Origin: Sporopachydermia quercuum
Lineage: Eukaryota
DNA: 64,000 bases
Assembly: GCA_001599295.1 (NCBI GenBank)
Contig: BCGN01000009.1
Span: 1 to 64,000 of the forward strand
Reading direction: 5' to 3'
Shown here: positions 44,390 through 55,965 of the stretch, piece by piece
How positions within the stretch are numbered: the first letter of the stretch is position 1
How the letters are laid out: each line of letters starts with the position of its first letter
The notes under the pieces: generated by a model
Told to the model about the DNA's origin: nothing
Seen by the model: the letters and a program-made list of their open reading frames with translations, nothing else
Database searches by the model: none
Made by a program: the position numbers and the translations under genes

Positions 44390-45900
44390 CTTACTATTCT
44401 ACCTGAGAAGATATTTCCTGTAATTTCTGTAATTTGGTGTACGGTTTAAGTCTCATAAAGTTCAATTTCAATGATAACTCTAAAATTATAGCTATTTTAC
44501 ATTTGAAATAAGGCAATCTGCGAAGAATTATTCTATGCATATTCTTGCATTTCTTGAGAAAGGTTATTTGTCTTATCGTTATCTTTTTTTTTTGGCTTTC
44601 CTTCTCTTCCCTATCTAATCTCATCTTGAGATCTCATCGATTATTCATGATAAGGAAACTCATTGGAAAACAGATAACACGTAGACTTCTTCTGCTTATT
44701 CTATCTGTATTACTTNAATCAAGAAGAGAAAGCATAACGTATGATTAATCCTTATAATATTACATCTTTTGTCCATTGAAGAAGCTGTAAAACCAGGAAA
44801 TCCAATGACGGTTCCTATGAACGGCAGTTCCCAAAGGAAGAGTAAAAAGAAAATTAAAGTATTGAAACGAGGACCCTTCAAATAAATTCTGATTCTTCCC
44901 CAAAGCTTCAAATAGCTTATTTAACGAGTGAATAGAAGTTTCGCCCAACTACCAAATCTGTGGTCTACCAAATGTCTTCCCAAGACGAATAAGAATCTAT
45001 CATTCATTTCGAGAAAAAAAATTAAAACAAGTGCAGATATTTGAACTATATGGAATTGTCTTAAGCAGTTCAGAGCATTGGTTCAAACAAACAATCTTCT
45101 TGGTATGCTGATATTCAATTCGGGCATTTAAGGAGTATACAATACAGTATAGCCATTTGGTTGTGAAACTACACGGAGATATAACTTTTCCATTCCCAGT
45201 CGTCTGACATTCAATCAAGCATACGATACTCATTCCAGCAAAATCAAGGATGTTTCCTTGATAATACTACATAGACTTTACTATAACTTCATTATATAAT
45301 AATCATCATGATTTTCAGTTGGGAGGTAGCTTTTCGGTTGTTATCAGACTATTATGTGGTGAGATAAAATAAGGTTTGATGTGTAATTACGTATATTTTT
45401 CAAAGATGAAATATTTCAGTTCGACCTAAAAGTTTAATTGAATCCTTTTCGGGAACCACTAAATACCTTGCTTAAAATTCTGGAAAAATTAACACTTTCA
45501 TCTAATGAAACAACTCATCGGAAGAAATGATCGTAATTGATCAAGAGTATTCAATTACGTTAAATCAAAGTAGCAATTTATTGAATTGAACATAGTGGAT
45601 GATCATGATCATGAAGAGCTTTAGAAGCACGAATATCTGCTTTCTTTGTGTTTCTTAATTACTTTCTTGCTTTCTTGGACAGACGAATCTCACGTTAATA
45701 AAGCCGCTCGACAGATGTCAAGAATGAACAAATCGGGATGAGATTAGATGGTATCTAAATCTCTAATTGGTAACTAGTAGAGTCTCAGTTTTATTCATAA
45801 CCATTTAGCTGTATTTCAACAAGTTAGGAAGAGTCCTTCAGTGGCACACANTCAGTAGTTCTCCTTCTATCAGTCAAACTCCAGAGACCCCGATGTTAAC
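44390..45900 (-). mobile_element. Heavily degraded non-LTR (LINE) retrotransposon remnant: APE endonuclease start and possible ORF1 zinc knuckle
   Basis: From the ATG at 45233, removing a TTGA duplication gives MSIVCLNVRRLGMEKL (xxNVRGL-like). Then IW*LGETSIH (GDFN-like, about 44940) and GFT..RINH (RID-like, about 44745). Y*xCATEGLFLTC near 45830 resembles a decayed CCHC knuckle. No RT domain recognised. Confidence 0.45.
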
Positions 45901-47837
45901 TTCAATTGAGTTATCGAAACACAACGCTCAAAGACTTCATCATAAAACGAGCTTAGTATTCTATTCCTGGATGAAATCTTTCATAGTGATTTGTTCTTGA
46001 TCACTTTCTTTTTCTTCTAGCATTCTTTATGGTATGGTAAGTAAGAAGTAAGAACAGCCTATCAGCTTTCCAATAAAGTTATTGAAAATAACAAAGTTCC
46101 TTCACTCACATAGCAGTCCATCAATCACACATATAGTTTGAAATCTTAATACTTTGCTTTTACATCAATTTAGACCATTGCATTTGAAAACAGCTCCAAA
46201 GAGAGAATTTTTATCTACTTTTGTTCGAATAAACCCATTACAGTAATTAATAATATAATAGACTTGAAAACTTATGGTTTCATATCACTATGCTTCTCTA
46301 ATAAAACTAATCTTAACCTTAGTTTTGTAAATACTGTTTAAAGTTGATACCAAAATTCTAACTTTGATTCCTTTCTCACCCAAGCATACATTCGCTATCG
46401 CTTTTGGAATGGATCCCAAACTCAATTAACGTTGATTTCATGTCTTGAAAAAATGGATGGTTGATAATTATCAACCATTCATTATATTAAGGAAAGAACA
46501 ATTGGAGTAAAGGATCCTAATTGTTCAAGNAGCAGATTCAAAGCCAAGGAATTAAACACGAGCTTTAATAACAAATTAACACTAAGTGATCTTGATTTTA
46601 GTGATAACCAGAGTGTTTGAATAATCTCTGTTTCTAAGACGATTTTGGATATCGACGAAAGAAAACGAAACTCTAAAATGCAATCAACTACCACAATATC
46701 TGACCTATGATCTCATCAGCTATGGTTACATTTTCAAATCAGCATAACTTTTCCGAGCTAATCTTTTCATTCTTCAATTACATTAGCCTCTCAAACTAAA
46801 TACCACATCTTCTATTTTCCATTCATCAACTATATCGTATCTCAGGTGTGACTGTGGGTTTTAGGAGATGTCCCATTATTCTAAAAATATCGAAGGTTCT
46901 TCGATACTTATACTAATACACTAAGAACTTGGCATTTTAATACTTAAGATTTGATCCGAAACTCGTACCATGAGAAGTAATCAGAAAGTAGTTCGGTTAG
47001 ATAATGTCGTTAACGATGTAAGAGTTCACACTTGGAAACCCGTAAATAGAGAAAGATAACCTTCATAACTATACTAGTTATAGAAACAAGATCACATATA
47101 ATACAATACTACAATTACAGCAAATTCAAAATCATTACTTCGCAGATTTGATAGCATACGATGATTTCTTCTATGAACATAACAGTTGAAATACAAATTA
47201 ACCGTCCATCAAGCGGCTTATTCGTAATCGATAAACCAAACCATGTCAATGAATGAATGTGGGAAACAAGTAACCATCAATCTTCTATTTTGATTATCTT
47301 TTTTTGTCTTTATGCGCTGTTTATCAGTATTCCGTTTAAGCTTTCATCTAAATGGCTAAATCATTACTATTAGCGATTTCACCTAATCCTGAAACTTTGA
47401 ACTTAACCTTATTTAGTCTCAGTTTCATACACTAAAAATTAAACCATTACGTACATTTCACGTAACCTTCTTTCTATAAACTAGTTCTTATTCCCTCTTA
47501 CTCCCTTCAAATATCCTTCTAATCCCACCTATATATCTTTCTTTATAATTTATTTATTGTTATTCAACTAGCTAATTCCTGTGAAAGCATTCATTATCAA
47601 TGGTTTATTAGCAATCAATTGCCCGTTCAACGTAAAATCCATTAAAAGCTTAACTCAATACGCTATAACTTCGTTATCCTTTTAACCTCATTCTCACAAC
47701 TCAATTGATGAATAGTTATCATTCTCGGCTTATCAGCTTGAGTTATATCAATTGTATCAATTAATTTGTGGTTGAGCAGAATATCAGAACATCCACAGAA
47801 TCTGAACAAATCATAAATTAAATCTTTAAGCCACACC

Positions 47838-49061
47838 ATGAATGCAGATTTACTACAGGATTTCCTTTTAGAGGGCTACTCAGATCCATGCGAACAAACA
47901 TTTTTGGAACCTTCACTACTACTCAATCCTCCTCAACCTGAAGGGAAACAATTTCAGCAAAATGACTTTGAGTACGATAAAAACAATACTGATAATCCAA
48001 NTCAGTTATTAGCATTGGATTCATTACAATTTTCTGGTCATCAGTCAGATTTCTTACATACAAACGAAGATGTTGACTTCATATTTAATGAAAGTAATAA
48101 TAACTTCTTACTACAGCATAATTCTCAACCACACATGAGCTATCAATATGAAACAGAGTACGTTAACTCTGTTACAAGATTGGATTCTGGCACGGATTCT
48201 GTCACGGGCTCTAGTTCAGGTCCTGGCACAGAATTTGATTATTCTCCTGCAGAATCTTGTGATAGCTTTTCAACTATTTCGACCATATCTCCTTCATATG
48301 AGTATTTCCAGCAGTCTTCTGGTAACTCTACAAACTCAATTACTACACCTGTAACTTCGGAAATGGACTTATTATCTTCTTTGCCAGAAGTTGATGATAG
48401 TATCTTGAACATTCCCCATCAAAATCATCAGAGCCATCCAGAGCCTGCAAATACAATTCCTCAGTTATCGCCAATTATTCCTCAGCCAGTCCTTCAGAAC
48501 CTTCCAATATCTACATCTACATCAGCGTCTACAGCCGCCACTGCNCATTATTCTACGTCCACGTCATCGTCCACAGCAACATCTACTACTACACCGAAAA
48601 GGAAACAATCAGACTCGCGCATATCGTTACCAACGTTGTATAAGCTAATGCATCTTGATCATGATCCTGTTGAGGCTAGACATAGAGAACAAAAGATTCT
48701 TTCAATTTTGAGATCTCTTGGCTTCAGATTAGGCGAGAAAGCCTGGATTAGAGATACTACACAGGAGCAACGAACAGCCATCATTGATGAAATACATCGT
48801 TTGACTTACCCTGAATTCAAATACGATAAAAGCATAATCGAAATCGTCATAAGACGAGGAAGCTATTATTTGATGCAGGGCAGATTGAGAAGAGAACGCA
48901 GAGGCCGTGCCAGGGCTGAAGCGTTAGCGGAGAAAGTCANGGCTGAAGCGGAAGCTGCTGCACGGGCTACTGATAGGGGAAGTTCACATAGTGAAAGTGG
49001 CATTCATAACGGTGTTGTTGATATACCAGAAGCTGATAGTAGCAATGAGGAAAGCTATTAA
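47838..49061 (+). CDS. Hypothetical protein, 407 aa: low-complexity N-terminus plus a compact basic C-terminal domain
   Basis: Long uninterrupted ORF with coding-like composition. Family not recognised. Confidence 0.75.
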   Translation: MNADLLQDFLLEGYSDPCEQTFLEPSLLLNPPQPEGKQFQQNDFEYDKNNTDNPXQLLALDSLQFSGHQSDFLHTNEDVDFIFNESNNNFLLQHNSQPHMSYQYETEYVNSVTRLDSGTDSVTGSSSGPGTEFDYSPAESCDSFSTISTISPSYEYFQQSSGNSTNSITTPVTSEMDLLSSLPEVDDSILNIPHQNHQSHPEPANTIPQLSPIIPQPVLQNLPISTSTSASTAATXHYSTSTSSSTATSTTTPKRKQSDSRISLPTLYKLMHLDHDPVEARHREQKILSILRSLGFRLGEKAWIRDTTQEQRTAIIDEIHRLTYPEFKYDKSIIEIVIRRGSYYLMQGRLRRERRGRARAEALAEKVXAEAEAAARATDRGSSHSESGIHNGVVDIPEADSSNEESY

Positions 49062-49672
49062 GTAATCTGTGAGAATATAAAAGATTGAATCGATAACTAA
49101 TATTTTATACGCAATACGTGAGTTGATTTTGTGATTTTTTATTACTTCTTCCTTATTATTTTTAATATTTCTTTAATCTTATTGTTATTACGAGTATATT
49201 TTTCTTTGAGACTTTTCTTTTGAGTGTATTTTAATAGTTTATGGTTGGTTTAGTTAGCAATAGGTGTATAATTATTTTTCTATGCGTTTTTTCTTTATCA
49301 TTTCTTTGTCGTTTTGTTTATTCATACTTTGATTTAACAGATTTTTGTATTCATCATATTTTGGTATAGTAGAATTACGAAATGTAAGATTGATGAAACA
49401 CATCATCTGCTAACCCTAAACTTATACCGACCTGAAATTTGATTGTCAAGAATGAAATGTGAGATAATTACTGAGAACGTATTTAATAGAAATTCTTAAT
49501 TGCCCTTAGGAAAGCACATTTAATACAGATTTTTGATTGTCTTTCATATTCGTACATTTCATACCCTTCCCTGCTAGAATGAACCTTGTTAGATAATTGT
49601 ACCAAGTATCAGTAAAAAACGTGCTCATAACTTATTACACATTGTCTATATATTGCCTAAAAATTTAAGTTA

Positions 49673-52600
49673 CTAAATACCTGATATATCATAATGATCA
49701 AAATAACTAGTAATTCCTTTAGAATCAGTTATTCGCAATTCACTGGTTTTCCTACTGAGACCTCCTTCAGAAGTATCATAAGGCAGTGAATGTGATGATG
49801 GGTTGTGTAGAGCTGGAAGGGGAGCTTTGTGTTGCCAGCTAATTTCTGTTTGAGGATCTAGTGGAGAAAATAAAGTTTCTGTGGCAGAACTTTTTTCTTC
49901 TGTGCCAGGAACCACAGAATTAACCTTAAATCCTGTTTGAGGTTGGAACTCCTTCACAGAAGGAATATTCTTTGCTGGAGCTGTTGAAGATTTCGTCGAT
50001 ATTTTAAAGCTTTTCAAGAATTCTGTACCAGAATTTGTGCCAGAATTTGTGCCAGAATGCAATTTCGGTCGAGTTTCTGTTCCAGAATTCCCATTTCCTG
50101 TACTAAGTCGACTTTTTTCTACAGCAGAAATTTCACCTCTGGTTTCACCTTCTGTACCAATTTTTGTTCCTGTATCGTACATATTATCATCAACTTCTTC
50201 TTCTTCTTCTTCTTTGTTCAAGAAATCAACTAAAAACGAAAAGCTCTCGTCACAGTCTTTAAAAAACATAGAAGATTCACTTCTTTTGATAGAATTTTCT
50301 GTGAAATTAAAGCTCCCGTTGGAATTTACTCTTCTNAGATATTCCAATGCCAAATCGATTTCTGACGGAGAATAGTAAAGCATTGTTTCTTCCGGTTTCA
50401 TAGATAATATTGACTTAATATCATCAATTGTCATCGTACGGTTTATACCAGCTGTCGATGGTTTTTTCTTGATGTCTGAGGAGTGATTGGAAGCATTTGA
50501 TAGATTTGCAGCATCAATTCCATCAAAAGTTCCAAATGTAATTGAAGGCCAATTCTTAGTATCATTGAAACTATCAAAGGATTTATTGCTATCAGTAAGT
50601 CGATTCCTATCCTTTTTAACAGGAGTCGATGTTTTAATGGCTGGGTCGTTTATAAGAATCATTGAATCGTTCATTGAATTAGTTTTGAACAATGATAGCT
50701 TCCGATAAGTATTTTCATAATCTCGAAACACGGAATAAGCGGAAGCACTAGAATGATCTGAACGGATCGAATTAGCGGATTGTTTAGAATTCGTTCGGGA
50801 AACTGCGGAACGAGTGGAATTTCCGGAGATAGTAGTGACCGGTACTTTATCACCCGAGAGAATGTCCGGTTTTAAACTGAGATAAGATTGAGAATCGGAA
50901 GAATCATTACCTAGTATCAATACATTGGGGTCAACTTCGGAAGCAATATCGGATGATAAAACATAGTTGCTGTTAATGGTATTTCTGTTGAGGACACCAA
51001 TTTCGTTACCGAAATCCTTGATACTTTCCGTTTCTTTCCGATCGGGAAATTTGAACCTCCGAACTTTATCGTTTTCGCCTAAATGTTCCCCAAATTGAGT
51101 TCTGCTATAATCTCCGGTATCCACTATCGATATAGTTGTCTTTCTATTGAAATCATTGATACCCGAGATCTTCTTAGATTCACCTTTCAATGCTTTCCGT
51201 AATTTGACAGACTTAGCAGCCGACTCCGATATAAATTCGGTGTCCGGAACAGAAGGAACCGACTCCATAGTTCGGAAACTATCATTTCTAGTTGGGGATA
51301 GGGTGAAACTCTTAGCTGGAGATTGATGTCTAGAATTAGAACCTCTAGTCGGGCTCGGGACACGAGAATATTCGAACATTTCAATCGCAATTGTCTGGCG
51401 AGAATTTCCAGAGGGAGGCAACTCAAATCTCTTAGAGTATTTACCTGATGTATTACTTTTGATTCTGTAAGCTTTAGGAGCTCCGACATTATCATAATTC
51501 ATCTCCGAGTAACTTTTCTCGGGACTTCTAGGTGTTTCAGGTGTTTTCGGCGTTCTTGGAGTCTTTGGACTTCTTGCACCGTTCGGAGTTCTTGATATTG
51601 AGATCGGAGATATAGTTCGGACGTTATCAACAAGAACTCCTTCAGCATACGATGAATAAGGATGAGATGAATGTTTCGTCACAGGAGACAACTGAGGTGA
51701 CTTTTTCCGAGGTGAAACTAATTTCGGCGGTGACACTAATTGCGTAGGTGATTTCCTTGATGAGTGTAATTTCGGACTTAATGTCGGAAGAGGCAGATTT
51801 GGAATCTCCGATGGTTTCATATAAATAGGTTTCTTCGATGATTTAGGTGTTGCAGCTATAGATTTAATTGACCGAGTAGAACGAGTAGGAGAAGGAGGAG
51901 TAATTTGCTCATGTTCTGATAACCTAGTAATATTTCTAATAGAATTACTATTAGATTTCATTTCAGCGGCTTCCTGGTTCTTTACTCTACGGCCACTATC
52001 ATTTTCACTATTGATTATTCCTAAACCTTCCATATCATCCATTGCGTCTTCATTTTCGGTCGCTAGAGATTCCCGATGAACCACCTCTTCTTTAGCCGAA
52101 TTATCGGCTATTTCTGACCCGACGTTTTTCTCTAATTCAGCTTCCGAAACTGTTTTCAAGCCTTTTATCACAGTTTGTTCAGCAAACTGCTCTGAAGCAG
52201 TGCTGCCTCTATCGACCTTTTTATTAGTCCTACCTTTGATTTGATGATCTTTGTTTTCCCTGTTGAACAGCACTTGTAGGATACTTCGTTTCTTCTTCAC
52301 TTTCTTATTTTTCTTATCTTTACTAATTATATTCTTATTTTTTAACTCATTACTAGCACTCGTGTCAATATTCTCTTTGTCAATTGACTTCCTGTGTCNC
52401 GTTTTGGTATTAAGACCTGAATGCCAGGATTTACCACTTTGCGAATTTTTCATACCACTGTTTCTCGCATTGTCCCCTCCCCTACGGTTGATACTAACGG
52501 CTGTACTAACAGCTTCTGCATTAGCATTTCCCTCCCCAGAGCGTATAACTTCTCTGCACAAAAATTCACTAACAGTACCATTCACTCTGGCTACAACTCC

Positions 52601-55042
52601 TGTCATAGCTCTATTACTACTACTTAGATAAACAGAATACAGTACTGATATCTCAGAAATAAGAAAATCAGCCAACTCTTGAATATTCACGTTCATTGTA
52701 GTATAATCATCAAGTATACTTAATCCTTCAACTACTACAATGCCATCATTTCCATAAGGCTCAGAAAATCTTACTGAGAAAGCAGCGAATAAATCGTTGC
52801 TCGAAAGTGTTTCTTTCGACAATGGCATATTAAGGAAGATGGCTATTGGTGATCTCTTGGTTTCCTGTTTATATAATGATAATTCATGAGCCACTGAATA
52901 AACGTTTAATCCTTTTGAATATTTATAAAATAAATGAAAAGGCTGAGATTTTGAAAGAATTTTGCTTTTAACAGTTGAATCAACGAACGTATTCGCGGTG
53001 GTGGAACTGTCAGGGAACTCGTAAATAAGAATATTTACTGAGGTTGAAGGAACAGCAAGGTCAGGAATAGCATTAGTATGCTGGGAAGTATAACCAGCAG
53101 TAGTTGATGATGATGGCCCATTTTCTGCTGATTGTAAACCATTTCCAGATATGAACAAGTATAAATATTTACCATTGTCAAATGTTGATGGATGAATGTC
53201 TTGAATATCTGCCCAGCCTACCACCTGCAGTTTAGGCATACCATCAAGAGGAACTTCATTAACCAATGAATGCATCAGCATATCCGCAATTGAAGGAGAA
53301 TGTATTGAATTGTCGGCTNTTTTCTTATTACTGTCTTCCTTATCCTCTGTCCTTAAAATTAATAAATGATCGTTAAATAGAACCAATAGATCCTCCTGGA
53401 GGGGGGAAGGGTTGAAATCTCCCTTTGGGATCACGTGACCTGGTGCAGAATCTCCACTACCGAGACCTGGAGAACCATTTGGGAATAGAACAGGCTTAGC
53501 ACTAGAAATCAAAATAACTCTACGTGAATTCCAACCAAATTGTAATTGATGAGGCCACTGTTCTGCTAATTCCGTCAAAATCTTTCCCGACGGTGTGAAA
53601 ACGCGTCTATGATATGGTCGTAGCGTCTTTTCCTTACCAAATGTATCAATTGTCTGAATAGCTGTTTGAAAGTACATGTCTACCTGTGGTTTTTGTTCAG
53701 AATTCCATTTTTTCTGCTCAAGCAATCTCACCAGGATCATTTTCAGTCTTGCTAAGTTCAGTCCCCCGTGTAATAATGCTTCAATTTTCATTTGAGTGTA
53801 CCCTGCTGGAATATCGTTAGGAATCATTTGACCATATTCCGTAAGGAAATCCTTCAATAAAGGTTTGAAGTGCTTAGTAGCAGCTTCATGACGTACACAA
53901 GCTTTATAAAAGTAAGGAATTGTTGAACCACTAGCTTTCATTATTTCAAAACTTCCATAAGGAAAAGCTGCTTGCAAGCTTACCAATAATATTTGATTAA
54001 TACGGGCAACTTCGTCAATAGTTGGCGGGAATATTGAATTAAGCTCACCCATTGTTAATCCTTCAATATCTTTGTTTAAAACGTGAGCTCTTAAGGGAAT
54101 AAGATATTCCTGTTGGAATCGCACCAAATTCTCAGTATAAGACTTCTGAATACTTAACAATTCATTGCAGATTGATTGAACAACTGTTTCTTCTTTCAAT
54201 AATAAGCTCTTCTCGGGAGGTGAACTGAAAGGCGGCTTGTACACTTTCTCAGTTGATTCAGGGCAATATTCAGCCAATGGATCAAATAATTGTTCTAACT
54301 GATCACCCATTGCTAGTACAATTCGATTGTTGTTGGTTATTTTATCAGCAGAGTTCTCATAAACAATATCAACAAATGTATGATTGGCAAGTTTGAACTG
54401 CAATAAGCCCAATTGACTCATTAGCTTAATTGCGATTTGTTTAGTCTTACTGTTCAGTTTCTTCATTGAACTTGCTAATGCTCCAGCGTTAGTTTCATCC
54501 CAGTCCAGCAAATGAGGTTGAGTTCTTCGTGCGTTCTGTAGTAGATATAATCGCATGTTTGGTGATAGATTCGCGTATGTTCTTAAACATGTAATAGCAA
54601 TTGCTTTACGCGTTTCATCATTGCTATACTTACTTGCTAAGTTCTCACAAGCATAGTAATATCTTGACTTCTTGCTAACAGTCATATAATTAAATTCTGA
54701 CAGTCCATGCATGGAAACCAAAGAAGTGAAATATTTCCCTGTACGGGCATCCCTTTTAATTGATACTAAAATTTTTCCGTAGAAAGGGTCATCATAAATG
54801 AATAACTGAGAATGTGATAATAATGAAAGCCATTTTTTAACTGTTCTTCTTCTAACAACATCAAAATCTCCAACTATAGCATTTGACACATCAGTGGCAA
54901 TAATATAACTGTCATCATTGTCATTTAAGGCGTCTTCATTCAGTGATTTTTCTTCTTCATCTTGTAAATGCTGATCAACTTTTGGTATATCAGCTAGATG
55001 AACGCTGTGGAAACTAGTAATAGTAGATCTCCTTTTGGCCAT
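49673..55042 (-). CDS. BUD3: Bud site selection protein Bud3 (DH/RhoGEF domain), 1789 aa
   Basis: LEQLFDPLAEYCPE, DH-domain IFPPTIDEVARIN, RVFTPSGKILTELAEQWP; long S/P-rich tail; divergent from DCC1 as in S. cerevisiae. Confidence 0.85.
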   Translation of the reverse strand: MAKRRSTITSFHSVHLADIPKVDQHLQDEEEKSLNEDALNDNDDSYIIATDVSNAIVGDFDVVRRRTVKKWLSLLSHSQLFIYDDPFYGKILVSIKRDARTGKYFTSLVSMHGLSEFNYMTVSKKSRYYYACENLASKYSNDETRKAIAITCLRTYANLSPNMRLYLLQNARRTQPHLLDWDETNAGALASSMKKLNSKTKQIAIKLMSQLGLLQFKLANHTFVDIVYENSADKITNNNRIVLAMGDQLEQLFDPLAEYCPESTEKVYKPPFSSPPEKSLLLKEETVVQSICNELLSIQKSYTENLVRFQQEYLIPLRAHVLNKDIEGLTMGELNSIFPPTIDEVARINQILLVSLQAAFPYGSFEIMKASGSTIPYFYKACVRHEAATKHFKPLLKDFLTEYGQMIPNDIPAGYTQMKIEALLHGGLNLARLKMILVRLLEQKKWNSEQKPQVDMYFQTAIQTIDTFGKEKTLRPYHRRVFTPSGKILTELAEQWPHQLQFGWNSRRVILISSAKPVLFPNGSPGLGSGDSAPGHVIPKGDFNPSPLQEDLLVLFNDHLLILRTEDKEDSNKKXADNSIHSPSIADMLMHSLVNEVPLDGMPKLQVVGWADIQDIHPSTFDNGKYLYLFISGNGLQSAENGPSSSTTAGYTSQHTNAIPDLAVPSTSVNILIYEFPDSSTTANTFVDSTVKSKILSKSQPFHLFYKYSKGLNVYSVAHELSLYKQETKRSPIAIFLNMPLSKETLSSNDLFAAFSVRFSEPYGNDGIVVVEGLSILDDYTTMNVNIQELADFLISEISVLYSVYLSSSNRAMTGVVARVNGTVSEFLCREVIRSGEGNANAEAVSTAVSINRRGGDNARNSGMKNSQSGKSWHSGLNTKTXHRKSIDKENIDTSASNELKNKNIISKDKKNKKVKKKRSILQVLFNRENKDHQIKGRTNKKVDRGSTASEQFAEQTVIKGLKTVSEAELEKNVGSEIADNSAKEEVVHRESLATENEDAMDDMEGLGIINSENDSGRRVKNQEAAEMKSNSNSIRNITRLSEHEQITPPSPTRSTRSIKSIAATPKSSKKPIYMKPSEIPNLPLPTLSPKLHSSRKSPTQLVSPPKLVSPRKKSPQLSPVTKHSSHPYSSYAEGVLVDNVRTISPISISRTPNGARSPKTPRTPKTPETPRSPEKSYSEMNYDNVGAPKAYRIKSNTSGKYSKRFELPPSGNSRQTIAIEMFEYSRVPSPTRGSNSRHQSPAKSFTLSPTRNDSFRTMESVPSVPDTEFISESAAKSVKLRKALKGESKKISGINDFNRKTTISIVDTGDYSRTQFGEHLGENDKVRRFKFPDRKETESIKDFGNEIGVLNRNTINSNYVLSSDIASEVDPNVLILGNDSSDSQSYLSLKPDILSGDKVPVTTISGNSTRSAVSRTNSKQSANSIRSDHSSASAYSVFRDYENTYRKLSLFKTNSMNDSMILINDPAIKTSTPVKKDRNRLTDSNKSFDSFNDTKNWPSITFGTFDGIDAANLSNASNHSSDIKKKPSTAGINRTMTIDDIKSILSMKPEETMLYYSPSEIDLALEYXRRVNSNGSFNFTENSIKRSESSMFFKDCDESFSFLVDFLNKEEEEEEVDDNMYDTGTKIGTEGETRGEISAVEKSRLSTGNGNSGTETRPKLHSGTNSGTNSGTEFLKSFKISTKSSTAPAKNIPSVKEFQPQTGFKVNSVVPGTEEKSSATETLFSPLDPQTEISWQHKAPLPALHNPSSHSLPYDTSEGGLSRKTSELRITDSKGITSYFDHYDISGI

Positions 55043-55394
55043 TCTTCATTAGAATTAGAAGCAAAAGAACTTGTAGTCAAACAATGGATCAATGTCAAAC
55101 AAGATATTCTATGCAATAATGTAAGCAGAAAAGAAAAGACTTTAAGTGAACGACGGATAGTTGGAAATGATTAAACAGTATAAATCAGCTGTTGTACTAG
55201 TTATGTCGACTATTGTTTGATCCACAGTATATTGTTTTTCTTCAGAAAAAAGCAAACGTTCTGTTTAAAGAAAACGTATTTTTAACAAGTCCTGGTTAAT
55301 TTCTGTTTTCAATCAACAAGCTATTTTCTTGTTCCTCAAAAGCAATTGATAATGATGCAATGATTCAATTGCAAAATTCTATATAAGCAAAGTA

Positions 55395-55735
55395 ACGCGT
55401 CTCAACCAGTACCAGTAGATAAACGAGCGAAAATACTAGTACTAAGTATATTATATTAGCTGTGGTAGTTGAGACAAATTCCCTTCATGAGCCAGGAAAG
55501 GCTTTTTGTTTATTAACTGAGATAGTTGACTGACAAATAATTACATTGTATAGTTAGTAGACAATAGAAGGATGAGGGAAAGGTTAGTCCTTAGGTAGAT
55601 TCCGATTATATTTGTTATTTTTCGTGTCTGTGGAGAGGAATTCAAAGTTTAAATTCTATTCACGTGACTCGCGATTTCTGAACTATTGAATAATTGATTA
55701 TATAATAATATAATTTAACAACGAACATCACGTGA
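55395..55735. promoter_or_regulatory. MCB (ACGCGT) and two TCACGTGA E-boxes in the BUD3-DCC1 divergent promoter
   Basis: ACGCGT at 55395-55400; TCACGTGA at 55660-55667 and 55728-55735. Consistent with MBF and Cbf1/Tye7-type sites at cell-cycle genes. Confidence 0.5.
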
Positions 55736-55965
55736 GCTATTCTTCTAAACGCCAATCTTGTGCTTGATCANATACAATTGATAAATTAATAGTTGGAATT
55801 ATCATCAATAATTCGTCTAATTTCGATACCATACTACAACAGTACTCTACATTTTTTTGTGAATAGTAGCCTTCAAAAATATAATGGTAGTTCCTTTGGC
55901 TTAAGGACTTTCAGTTATCAAATAGCCTATTCTTTCGCTGCTTTTCCCGCCCACATATTACCATA

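Noticed and set aside
45200..45240. TERT/RT motif A resemblance (DIQS-AYDT-IP) on the + strand
   Set aside because: It needs two frameshifts within 20 nt and no other RT motifs follow. The - strand endonuclease reading has more support.
55890..55910. U2 snRNA-like CCTTTGGCTTAAG (similar word near 4396)
   Set aside because: The branch-pairing GTGTAGTA and the rest of U2 are absent.
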